Part shown: positions 13,960 to 25,686 of the stretch, piece after piece
Layout: every line of letters begins with the position of its first letter
Position numbering within the stretch: position 1 is the first letter of the stretch
Origin: Camelus dromedarius
Lineage: Eukaryota
Reading direction: 5' to 3'
Assembly (NCBI RefSeq): GCF_036321535.1
Contig: NC_087436.1
Coordinates: 61,010,001-61,074,000 of the forward strand
DNA: 64,000 bases
Program-made: the position numbers and the translations under genes
Notes under the pieces: generated by a model
What the model saw: the letters and a program-made list of their open reading frames with translations, nothing else
Databases searched by the model: none
What the model was told of the DNA's origin: nothing

Positions 13960-14900
13960 CAATACACATAAAACATCATTCTTTTCAATAGCTGCAAAAT
14001 GTTCCATTACATGGATGTACCGCTTTAAGAGCATTCAGGATGTTTCATTTTCTTTCTATATACAAACCATGATACAATAAATATTCTTATACATATGTCC
14101 TTTGGTATTAGTGCTTTTGTTCCTGTTGGATAGATGCCAAGAAATGTCCTTTCTGGGTCAAAGGGTATGAGAATGTTTAATTTTAATAGACATTCCTAGG
14201 TTACTTTCAAAAAAGTTGTTAGGAATTCTTGCACTTGGCAATGCACATGAGGGTGCTCATTTCCTCATAGGTTTTCCAGCAGTGGGAGTTAGGAATTTTA
14301 AAAAAACAGGTCCAGCTGAAGGGGGAAATGCTGGATGTCCTTGTTCTAACTGCATTTTCAGGACCACCTCTGAGGTCCAGCAACTTTTCAGAGCAACTCT
14401 TGACATGTTTATTGGTCATTTGCAGTTGCTCTCCTCCTAATTCACTATAACTTTTGCTTATTCACCTATGGGTTACTTATTAGTTTATATGAGCTTTTGC
14501 TTTTTGCAGATATTTATTTTTTATCATATATTTTGCACATAATTCCTCCATGCCATGACTGTCTTTCAGTTGTTTTGTTTGTTTGTTTGTTTTTATGCCA
14601 TTTATTTGTTGGTATTGGTTGCTATACAGCATGTAAGCTCTTTGAAAGTAGCAATGCTGGCTCTTTGATACACTGCTGTATCTTCAGCATTGAGATCAGT
14701 GCCTGGCACATAGTTTGTTCTCAATAAAAATAGCAAATGTATGAATGAATGAATACATAAGCTTAAAATTTTTAATGTACCCAAGTCTGTCAATCTTTTC
14801 ATTTATGGTTAGAGTTTATTTTATAGCGTTCTATACATTAAAATAGAAATATACCCTACCATCCATTTTATGTGCTATTAAAATACCTAAAATAAATTAA
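13960..14900 (-). mobile_element. Old degenerate L1 (L1ME-like) fragment interrupted by an L2 3' end (~14630-14760)
   Basis: Motifs 'ctgggtcaaagggtatgagaatgtttaattttaatagac' and 'atgtttattggtcatttg'; L2 tail 'cagtgcctggcacatag...tcaataaa...tgaatgaatgaat'. Confidence 0.6.
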
Positions 14901-16254
14901 CCCAAAAAATAAAGATGGTGCCTTGCTTTTTGTGATTTCCTTGTTTTGGTTTCCTCCCGAGTTTCCCTGCTTCCACTGAAATTCTAAAAAAAAAAAAAAT
15001 TTTATATAATTTGTGCTGAGTTGCTCCCTAGAAGAATTACTTGCAAAATATCCAGGTGCTCCTGGAGACTTACTCTATTTAGACAACAAAATTATGTCAC
15101 AGACTTGAATGTGGCTGATTATACTTCATATTTACTATAGTCTAGGAACACTAAAGATAGAAATCACACCTTATTCATTCTATACCCCATCATAATTCAA
15201 AGATTACTTTGATATATTAGGTAGTCAATAATACTTATTTAAATTAATACTGTGGTAGTAGAGCATGTATCTGATTTATCCAAGAGAACTGAGGATATTT
15301 TGAAAAGAGGCTCAAACACAACTGGATGTATGGCACTTAAAGACTCATTTTGCATGTGTGGTAACATGTCTACCAACTGCAATTAACAGAAGAATTCCCA
15401 TAGACTTAGTATGATTGCACTTAGTGTGACTGCAATATTTGAAGATCAGAGGCCACAGCATAACTAGGCATGATAGCAAATTAGGAGATGGCAAATTGTT
15501 GCAAATACTGCTGACTATGTACCCAACAGCAGGCCCCTTCTTCCTTGATGGCAAACCAGACTTTTGTTTGGGTCCTCAATCTCTCACGTAACAAGAGAAG
15601 GTTAATCCTCAAAGGCAGTGACTGGTTCAGGCATGGGTGTGTGACCCAATTCTGGCTGATGAGACCCACAGATTCATCTACTGGAGCACTTCTCAGAAAA
15701 GCTTTCTCTGATAACGACGTGGAATGCATGAGAAGAGAGGACTCCTTCTTTCTCTCCTGATGTTGCTGAGCTGGCTTGCAATCACGAGGTTCTAAGTCCC
15801 TCCCCAATTTTTATGTAACTTTGTCTTTCCTTCATCTCTATTGTTTCTTTCCTGTGCAACTTAGAATCTACTTCTAGAAGTTTCTCCTTAGTTGGGGACC
15901 CTGTCCTGGAAGGCAGCCCTAGCTGGTCAGCTGTGAGAGTTCCCAGGGCTCAGACTACATCAGCCTCACAAACCCTCCCATGGGTCCTGGGTACTCACCC
16001 ACTAATAAACTGAGTACACCACACTTTGCAATGAGTGAATACCTGTTGGCTGTGTTGGAATTTTCCTGTGATCAGATCTGTCACCACCTCATCACTCCCC
16101 TCTGTTTCCTTCCACAAAGCTGCTGACATCACACACGCCTTCCAGCGTAGGTGGCTTGTTTTAACCCACTTATATCTTTGGGATTCACAGGGCCAGCTTG
16201 TCACCTTTTGTGTGGTAAATGTTGTCCATGGGGTTTTGGTTTTCGTATCTAGTG

Positions 16255-16480
16255 GTTTTATTTTTTATTTTTTAAAAATTGTGGTAAAATATCCAACATA
16301 AAATCTACCATCTTAGCAATTTTTAAGTGTATAGTTCAGTAGCATCAAGTATATTCATGCTGTTATGCAACAGACCTCCAGAACTCTTTTCATCTTGCAA
16401 AACTGAAACTCTATACCTATTAAACAACCCCTCACTCCTCCCTACCCCAGCTCCTGGCAATCATCCTTCCAGCAACTCTG
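16255..16480 (-). mobile_element. L1 3'-UTR end fragment
   Basis: T-rich tail followed by 'aaaattgtggtaaaatat...accatcttagcaatttttaagtgtatagttcagtagcatcaagtatattcat'. Confidence 0.75.
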
Positions 16481-19400
16481 TTTTTATGAGGGGACTGAAT
16501 TCAGGGAAATCAACAAACTCTGCTGCTGCCATGGCCCCATTATTAAACTGTAACTCCTGGGCTGGAGCCTGTGCTCCATGCCCACGGCACCAGGATACAT
16601 CTGCCACAGAAAACACACACATTTAACCAACGAACGAGTCATTCTTTACTCCTGTACCTTTTGGCAGGGTGATAGGATGCTTTCTTGTACTCATTAAAGT
16701 GATTGATGGTAAACATAAAAGTTGTCATCGTTACCCGGACTAATATCTTTTCAGGTCAATATGCAACACGAGCTTCTAGAGGAGAGAACACTGCCAACTC
16801 CTGATCACCCAGCTAATGGAGGGCAGGAGAACAGATGGTCTCAGACGGATGCTGACTTTAAAGCACTTTATATTTTTGCCGGGTGTGAATTTGTTGTGGC
16901 AGATTTCCTTCCTAATTATGTTTGGTTCAGGCTAACACTGCAACATTAGCAGCTCCTGGGTATTACTTGCTGGTAGTGATTTGAAGGGAAGGTGGACACG
17001 GGGTGGCCAATTAAAAAGTAAACATTTGACACAGATGTACCCAAGGTAGTTAACTAACTGGGCATATTTGAGAGTTGTTGCAATAATAATTGATAAAATC
17101 AACGAGAATAAAATACTGCATTCATATAAGGCTTTCCAGTTACAAAGAGACTTCAAACCCATGATCTCATTTATTTCCCATAACACTTACTCTTTAACAC
17201 AGGCCTTCGAAGCTCCATTTTACAGGCGAGGAAATGGACAGGCCTGGGAGGCTAAGTAATGTGCTCATAATCACACATCTAGTCAATATATAATGAGGAC
17301 TGATAAAATGGACATAAGACTGGCACTGCCCCCTTCCCTGTTCCTTCTAACTGCCTTGAATTAGGACTCAATGATTGGAAGTACCAATGATGGTCCTTGT
17401 GACCATTAAGCATGAAGTCAAAAGCCAACACACAAGGACAGAGAAGAAAGAACGAACCTGGGTCCTCCAAACATTGTTGAGCTATTAAACCCACAGCAAC
17501 AGCTGTCTACACCTGGGCTCTTTGTTCTGCAAGCAACTAAACCCTTTTTGGGGAGGGGGGCACTATAACCAGGTTTCCTATTACCTGCAGCTGAACATGT
17601 TTCTTACTGATAAAACGGCTGCTGCCCCTTTGGGTGATCATTCCTCTCTTCCCCTTCCCCAAATCCAACCATCCCCTTATATGTTGAAGGAACTGGTGTA
17701 GAAGGGCCCTTTCACATCAGGTACAGGCTCATATAACTGAAAAGTATTTACAAACTAAAATATAATACACACTAAATTACACAACTGATTTAGAAAATTG
17801 CTGAGAAATGTTCCTTCACCTCTGCCTAAGAATTTGAGTCCAAGACAGATGTCATTCTTCCTTGAGAAAACTACTTACTACTTCTTGCTTTCTTTGGTGG
17901 GTCTGGGGCCAGGCATTCTCGCTCTTATGATACACTGATTGGTTTTAAGGACTTCTTGGTGAGTCAGTCTCATTCCATACAGATGAAGCATATGGACATG
18001 AACACACATGACAAAAAGATGAAATCTCTCCGAGACTCAATTTTATTCACATTGATTAAAAATTTAAGTGTCTTACAAAGTTCTTCTTATGCTGTTCTGT
18101 AATTTTTTTTTAGAAGATATGTGAAAATTGCGATTTATCTGATTACTTTTTCTAACTCATTTTGTGTTTTCCTCAGAACACTGAATGACACGTTGGTCGT
18201 TTTATTGAGCAAAGCTAACAGATCCAGGTGGTACGCATGCTTTGGGAGCCGGACCACCTGTAATTAACCAAGCTAATCACGAGAACTTGGGGAATAATTT
18301 TATCATGCTGTATTAGACAACTGCCACTGGCAAAACCTTGAATTTAGGTTATTTACGAAAACAACAGCTTTAGATTCTATGGATATTTTTCTTCAAAAAC
18401 ACATATGGTTTAGGAAAACAAGCACAAGTATATGCATTTCCATACTTTAGTAAGAATAAGAGTAACTGAAGACTGTGGAAACGTAGGATACTAACGATAC
18501 AGGCAATTTAATGGAGACACGGTTTAGGAATGGAAACTGAAGCCCACAGATTCAGAACTGGAATGAAGCATCTCTTACGTTTAACTGGCTCTGAAACTCA
18601 GTTTCAGCTTCCTGTGGCTTTAAACGTGGGCAGACGTGTGCCAGCCCATCCATGCAGGAGCTCACCTGAGATCCTTGCTGCAGCTTCTCTGCATTCCCAT
18701 TAATTAGGGCTCTGCTTGGACATCCAAACTCACCAAATCATGGTTGCCTAATTTATAACGTGGGGATAATACTAATACCACAGGGTTCTGATAGGGATTA
18801 AAGAGCTGATATACATGTGCACGTACACGAAAATTCTCAGTGTCCTGGGCTACGCTGACGTAAGGTCTTTTCAGTATTCCTATTTCCCAGTCACATATGG
18901 GGGAAATTCCACCAGAACAATCACATACAGCTTCTCTAGTTTATACATATATTCTCAGCACTGTTTAGTTACTGTATTAGCAGGAATAACTGCCTTACAA
19001 AGGACTATTGTTGCTGAATGTGCTGGAGATTAAAGGATTTAAGGAAAAGAGAAACAAGGCTTTGCCAATCTCTTTTGAACGAACCCACAATGAGCTCCAA
19101 GGACATGTGCAGTAAAATGTGGTAAGTAGATTCTTTTCCAGTTTTTTCAAGTGTAGTAGGCCACAGGTTCTCCCTGAGACGTGGAGAGTACCAGTACATC
19201 TCACAAATAGATGAGACAGGGGTCAAGCCATGGTTTCGGTATTATGCACGGAATTCATATTTAAAGAGATGCTGAGAACCAATTGTATGTGTATTTGACT
19301 GGACTCAAGTAGAGAGTTGTGAAGGCTATTTTTTTTCCTTCTGTGAAAAAATACTAAAGATAAACCCTCCAAATGTCACAGTTTTTACTGCTTACTTTTC

Positions 19401-19790
19401 ATGTAGGTGGCTGCCATTACAACAGACATTTTCAAGTTACTCTAGCAGGGCTGCACATGTTTTTTTACAAACCTCATTCACAATGTACATTCAATGACGT
19501 ACAAAAGCATATTACTTCCATCTCCCTATTATTTTAACATATTTGATTGGCCAAACTGGACTTTCACAAAAGAAAAGCATTATAGCAAACAGCTTTTTTG
19601 CTACTGCTGGAAGAGTTCCAGCTGATCTGAATGACTCCCGATGCCTGGTAGTCTTGGATGCAAACCAGATGGTTGGCAGGGCCCTTGGTTTTTTGTCCAG
19701 TCATTACAAGTTTTGTAAATAGGAACTGGGGCGAAGGAACTGCTCTTAGTGGTCTCTTTGCCATTGAAGAGGGACAGTGATAAGTATAAT

Positions 19791-19866
19791 CCAAGTCTGA
19801 AGATAATTAAAAAGTAATTTCAACAGAACCAAGTCTGAAGATAATCAAAAAGTAATTTTGACAGAA
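19791..19866. repeat. 38-bp tandem duplication
   Basis: CCAAGTCTGAAGATAATYAAAAAGTAATTTYRACAGAA x2, with 3 mismatches. Confidence 0.92.
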
Positions 19867-21752
19867 TATTGCAATGCTTTGCTTTTGGCCATGAAAGGTT
19901 TTTTTTGGTTTTTTTTTTTTTGGTTTTTTGGGGGGTTTTTTTTGGAGAAAATGTGTTTAAATTATTTTGAAAAGGCTAATTTTTAAACTGGAATCACTAA
20001 CATCAATATATATCAATTTTTTTTAACATTCATACCTTTGAATCAGTAATTCTAACTTGGGATCCACTCTCAAGAAATAGTGCAGAAGAAAGAAGATCTT
20101 TAGGTCCAAAGATGTGAATTTAAAGATTTTTGACAGAAGAAAACTGGAGTAAATTATGATTCATTCAAATGCTTATGCCATGTTATAAATGATACTTATA
20201 AAACATTCTAAACACATGGAAAATAGTTATCAATGAAAAACAAGATGTAAAAATATATGGATAGCACTATCAAAGTAACTACATAATATGGAGCCTAGAA
20301 AAACACTAGAGTGAAATACAATAAAATATGGAATGGGTATAATAAAGATTAATAATGATGGATTTCAATGAATTCTACAGATTTCCTTAATGTTTGTTTT
20401 TCTTTAATAACAAAAAAGATCTTCATTGAAAACTAGTTAAATTAGTTCACATTCCCAGAACATGCATAAACTGCATGGCAGCTGAAATTAATTAACAAGG
20501 ATACGTAAGCCTAGAATTTAAAACCCGCCATGGTTTGTCCAAAAAGCTAAACAACTGCAAAACATATCCTCACGGTCTCAATAGGTTATTGCACGTGTAT
20601 AAAATTTTGCTTTTACACTTTTGCCAAAGGAGTAGGTAGAGCAAAGTGAGTTTACTGCGTATTTTTTCTTAACGTTACCAAGGAATTTAAACACAATCTT
20701 TAGGATTCTTTTGGATCAATATTTTATCCTGAGTTCAATTCTGAGCAAATAAAAATAAAAGTCACTCGTCTCCTCTTTACCATGTCATTTTGGGCAAAGT
20801 GATAACCAATTCATTTATATATTACATATCTAGCCATAGTTACATTATTTGTAAGTCCCTATAGTTAAATTATGACGCATTCATAGGCTACAAACGTGAA
20901 TGTACCTTTGTTCATTTTTTTCCCTTCTAGTACAAGTGGCACAGAAAACATATGCTTCCAATGATTAAAGAGTTGAGGTGTACATGTATGTGTGTGTATT
21001 CTTTGCTCCTCTGCATGTTTATTGACATGACTTACATGGGGCGCTTTTATTTCAACCTAACTGCCACTTCTTCCCACACTTCACAAACCACCAGATGGAC
21101 CACAGGTTTGCAGGTTCCTTAGAGAAGGGGCATTATCTTTCTCATCACTGCAAACTGGTACCTCGCACAGCATTTACAAGAAGCAGGCACTTGACATGAC
21201 TGACAGGGAAATCATAATTTTCCACTTCTAATGACAGTGAGGATTGGGTAACCTTTGTTTCCCGAGTTAAGTGATGGGGAAACTCACAGGACCGAGCCTA
21301 ACTGCTGAGCATAAACCTGGAGAGAGAGGAGAAACCAGGTTGCAGGCAAGGTGAGGAGGGATGGTGCCGTGAGCCCAGCTGTGCGAGGGAAGGAAGGGCA
21401 TGCAGGAGACCAGCTTGTGGCAAGGCTGGAGAGAGCAGTGGGAGGAACTTCCTGCCACTCCATGAAAACTTAGAGAAACCTAAACTTCTGAGTAACACCT
21501 GTGGAAGGGGAGTCCTGCTGACATATGAGTGCAGGGCAAAACCAGAGGCTGGTCTTGGGGACAGTGACACAGGGATAGCATAAGTGTTTGTTAAGCTGGG
21601 TCAAGAGTCCAGTGATTGTCTCCTAAGCATCTGCTTCGTAAGCACCTCTAAGCGCCAGAACTATGCAAAGGAAGCATAACTCATTCGTGTGCTCTGCTTT
21701 CAGAAACACTGGAAAGTTCCCTAATACTCATCAATGATCTGATCCCTTCCAA

Positions 21753-22345
21753 CAGTGTCGAGCATCATTATTCATGGGTTCTGGACTTGTGAATCCACCT
21801 ACTTGCTAAAATTTGTCACCCTCAAATCAAATCATCCTTGGACATGCACAGAGTGGGAAAAACTGTGAGGCCCCCGCTGAGGTCAGAGTGATGTCTGCCT
21901 TCTTGTTCCTGCTCTCGTACTGCAACCCTGCAGTCTATTTAGTGTCACTTTTTTTTTTTTTTTTTTGCATTTTGTGCTTTCTGTTGGTGATCTCACTGTT
22001 CACAAGTGCAGCGCTAAAGGGCTATCTAGTATTCCTAAGCAAAAAAAAGGGCTATGATGTGTCTTAGGGAGAATGATAGGTAATATGTATTTGATAAGCT
22101 TCATTCAGGCACGAGTTACAGGTTGTTGTCTGTAAGTTCAATGTGAATGAATCAATGATGTATATTAAATGAGGCATCTTTAAACAGTAACACACATAAA
22201 ACAAGGTCACGCACTGATTACTGAAAATGTGATCAGAGGCTCTCAGGAACCTATCTCTGCCCCAAGGAGCAATGGTTCAGCATTTACGAATTCAGTGTTC
22301 GCAGGACTTTAAAGAATATAACTACCATGAATAATGAAAATGCAC
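21753..22345 (+). mobile_element. Tigger-family non-autonomous DNA transposon (MER82-like)
   Basis: 5' end 'cattattcatgg...tgtgaatccacctacttgctaaaattt' and matching 3' end 'ataactaccatgaataatgaaaat' (degenerate TIRs). Confidence 0.7.
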
Positions 22346-22424
22346 CAAATTTGTGCCTTCCTCTGTTGCTGTTTAAGTGAAGGGGAAGGTAGACTACAAG
22401 TAACCTTTATTAAAAGCCAATTGT

Positions 22425-23042
22425 TTAAAAGCTTTTGCATGGCTAAAGATACCATCAACAAAACAAAAAGACAATCTACAGGATGGGAGAAAATATTTGC
22501 AAATGATGCAACTGATAAGAGACTAATTTCCAAAATATATAAACAGCACATATACCTTAATATCTAAAAAACAAGCAACCTAATACAAAAATGGGCAGAA
22601 GACCTAAACAAGCAATTCTTCAATGAAGACATACAAGTGGCCAACAGGCACATGAAAAAGTGCTTAGCACTGTCACAGAAAAGCAGATCAAAGCTACAAT
22701 GAGATATCACCTCACACCAGTCAGAATGGCCATCATTCAAAAGTCCACAAACGATAGATGCTGGAGAGGGTGTGGAGAAAAGGGAACCCTCCTACACTGT
22801 TGGTAAGAGTGTAGATTGGTGCAGCCACTATGGAGGACGGAAAGGAGATTCACTTAAAAACTAAAAATAGATTTACCACGTGATCCAGCAATCCCACTCC
22901 TGGGCATATACTCAGAGAAAAATAAAATTCAAAAAGACACATGCACCCCAAAGTTCATATCAGCACTATTTACAATAGCCAAGACATGGAAACAACTCAA
23001 ATGTCTATCAACAGATGATTGGATAAAGATGTGGTGTAAGAG

Positions 23043-23084
<42 letters not shown>

Positions 23085-23534
23085 GGACTACTACTCAGCC
23101 ATAAAAAAGAATAAAATAATGCCATTTGCAGGAACAGGGATGGACCTAGAGATCATCATTCTAAGTGAAGTGAGCTGGAAAGAGAAAAATGCCACATGAT
23201 ATCACACTTATGTGGAATCTAAAAAAAAAGGACAAAAATGAACTACTTATTTATAACTTAGATGACTGATTTCTTGAATATGTGTAAGCACATTTGACTG
23301 TTCTTTATGACTGGATTACCACATTCTATTGATTCTTATTGTGTGGTTGGCTTTATTCTTTTGATAACTATGTAAGTTTAGAAAGGTAAACCTCTATACT
23401 GTTCTTAGAAACAATGATTAGTACATACGTGTAAACTAAAAAATATGTGCAGTATATTGTATATATGTATTTACATGCAATATATTGTATATGTGCAGTC
23501 AAATTGTAACAATTCTACTTAATAAAACTGAAAA
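22425..23534 (+). mobile_element. 5'-truncated L1 with atypical 3' end
   Basis: ORF2 C-terminal peptide KSFCMAKDTINKTKRQSTGWEKIFAND. Perfect 13-bp TSD AAAAGCCAATTGT (22412-22424 / 23535-23547) at a TT/AAAA endonuclease site. Confidence 0.92.
23046..23082. repeat. (CA)n microsatellite inside the L1
   Basis: About 18 perfect CA units. Confidence 0.95.
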
Positions 23535-23559
23535 AAAAGCCAATTGTGGGCTGAACATT

Positions 23560-23715
23560 GTGTTCATTGTCTAAAGTACATTAACTCATGTAACTTTCAA
23601 CTAACTTGTGAGGTATGTAGTATCCTCATTTTACAGATGAGAAGACTGATGCTCAGAGAGGTTAAGTAAATTTCCCAAGGTGACACAGCCAGTGGTAGAA
23701 TAACAATCCCACTGC
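23560..23715 (-). mobile_element. MIR SINE
   Basis: 'cctcattttacagatgagaagactgatgctcagagaggttaagtaa...cccaagg'. Confidence 0.75.
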
Positions 23716-25459
23716 TTGTGAAATGATTAGAGGGAGATGACAGAATTGAAAATCTGTTCTCAGTCTCAGAGTTTTTGTAATAGTAGGATAAAGGGCAATT
23801 TGAGAAGATGCCAATCAGGAAGGTCTCAGCCAAGTGACAAGAGATTCTTCTCTAGGTTGAACCCAGAAGCTGGACAGAGTCATCTCTTCCTATCAGAGAC
23901 CCCAGAGTGATGACACAGAGAGAGGTGGGCCTCCACCAGTGTGAATGTTCCCCTTTCCAACAGGGCACATTATAACCCACACTTAATTCATTTATTCAAC
24001 AAGTATGTATTGAATACCAACTATATTATCCCAAGGACTATTTAAAGACACTGAAATTCAAAAGTGAACAAAGTAGAAAAAAACACTAGGCTCATGGAAC
24101 TAATGTTCTAGAGACATGATTGAAAGATTGGATTGCATGGATTTAGGTGAATTAAGTACTGTGGTATTCAAACTGTTATTAATATCAACAAGTCAGACAG
24201 AGGTAGAAATATTTTCTTTCTGTCGGATTCAGATAACCGCACTGAGACAGTCAAGGAGATAAGAAGCAGTCAAAGCACCACACCGTGTGCACTGTATCGA
24301 GTGACCATGTTTTCTCTGGCTTCTACTTCCTCTGGTGTACTAGATGTTCTGAAAAATCGTCCTGCTGTGGAACATGAGAATTGGATCAACTGAGCTGAAA
24401 TTGGTCCATCATTATTATAATTATCCCAAGGAAAGTCTTTTTAGATCAGTGGTTCTGAACCTGGCCTGGACATTAAATCATCTGGGAAGCTTTCAGAAGT
24501 CCTGCTGCCCAGATCACAAGCAAACCAATTTCATAACTGCTGATGCTGGGGAATCTGAAAGGTTATCCAGCTTCTTCTATCTCCTCTCCACACCCTCAGC
24601 TCTTCTGCTCTCCACCCTATACCGGGAGGTGGATGTTAGCACTTTTCAGATGGATGCAAAGAACCAGCCTCAGTGGGTACCATCATGATTCTAAATATGC
24701 CCGTTTATAGTTGAAAATCTGAGTTTTAAAAAAGAGTTCCTGCTAAGCTAAGGCTACATGTGAAAGCCAAAAAAGAGACACATGAAGTACAAGCAAAAGA
24801 CTTTATGATTTCCACCAAAAAATCTCTAAAAGTCAAGGATAATGCCCCATATGTACTTAATGGATACTAATCATACTCTTCCTCTGCCAAGCTCTGATTT
24901 TGGTTCACATTCCTCTTTGGAATATCTCCAATATTTTTCAAAAATGAGACCAGCCAACAAAACCCCAAACATTTCCAACATATGCAGGGAAGAAACAGAC
25001 CAGTAATTACTGAATTTGAGTGTCCTTTGAATCCAAAATGTCCCATCCATAAAAGGTATTACTAGAAAATAATGTGTGTGACCTGAGCTCGAAGATGGAA
25101 ATATTCCACGCTGTGAAAGCAAAGCAACCCCCTTGGCCAGCAGCCTGGGTGGTTCCCATGTGACTATCTGCATTTGGACTCTGGAATCTCTCCCAGATGG
25201 AGCAGGACTCTGTCCTGGAATCCTTGAAGAGCAGGAATAAGAGCTAGGTGGAAGTTTCCAGAGATTTGTTTATAAGAATATTATCCTGCTATTTTGTTTG
25301 CACAGATTTAAACACAGGTTTTAGATCTAACCTAGAGATAAATAAGGCCATATTACATTTGGATTGGTCAAAGTAAGACATTAACATGTCACAGTCCAGG
25401 CACTTGTAAACTAACTCATACCAGGGTTTATGATGCTAACAGCAATAAAAACTGAAATG

Positions 25460-25686
25460 AAACAGCATTTAATGAGACTTTACTATATGCCAGGTACCAG
25501 TGCTTTTCATGTAACTCATTTAAGCTCCCAGTGACCCTAAGTGGCAGATACTATTATTATACTTGTTTTGCAAGTAAGAAAACTCTGAATCAAGGAGGTT
25601 AGGGTCACACAAACAGTTAAGTGGCAGAGAGGAATTTGACTCAGGTGGTCTGAATCCAAACTTCACTCCCTTAACCACTCTGCCAC
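25460..25686 (-). mobile_element. MIR SINE
   Basis: 'ttactatatgccaggtacc...ggcagagaggaatttgactcagg...cttaaccactctgcc'. Confidence 0.7.

Noticed and set aside
19791..19866. Direct repeats of CRISPR-like length
   Set aside because: There are only two adjacent copies with no spacer and no cas genes, in a mammalian context.
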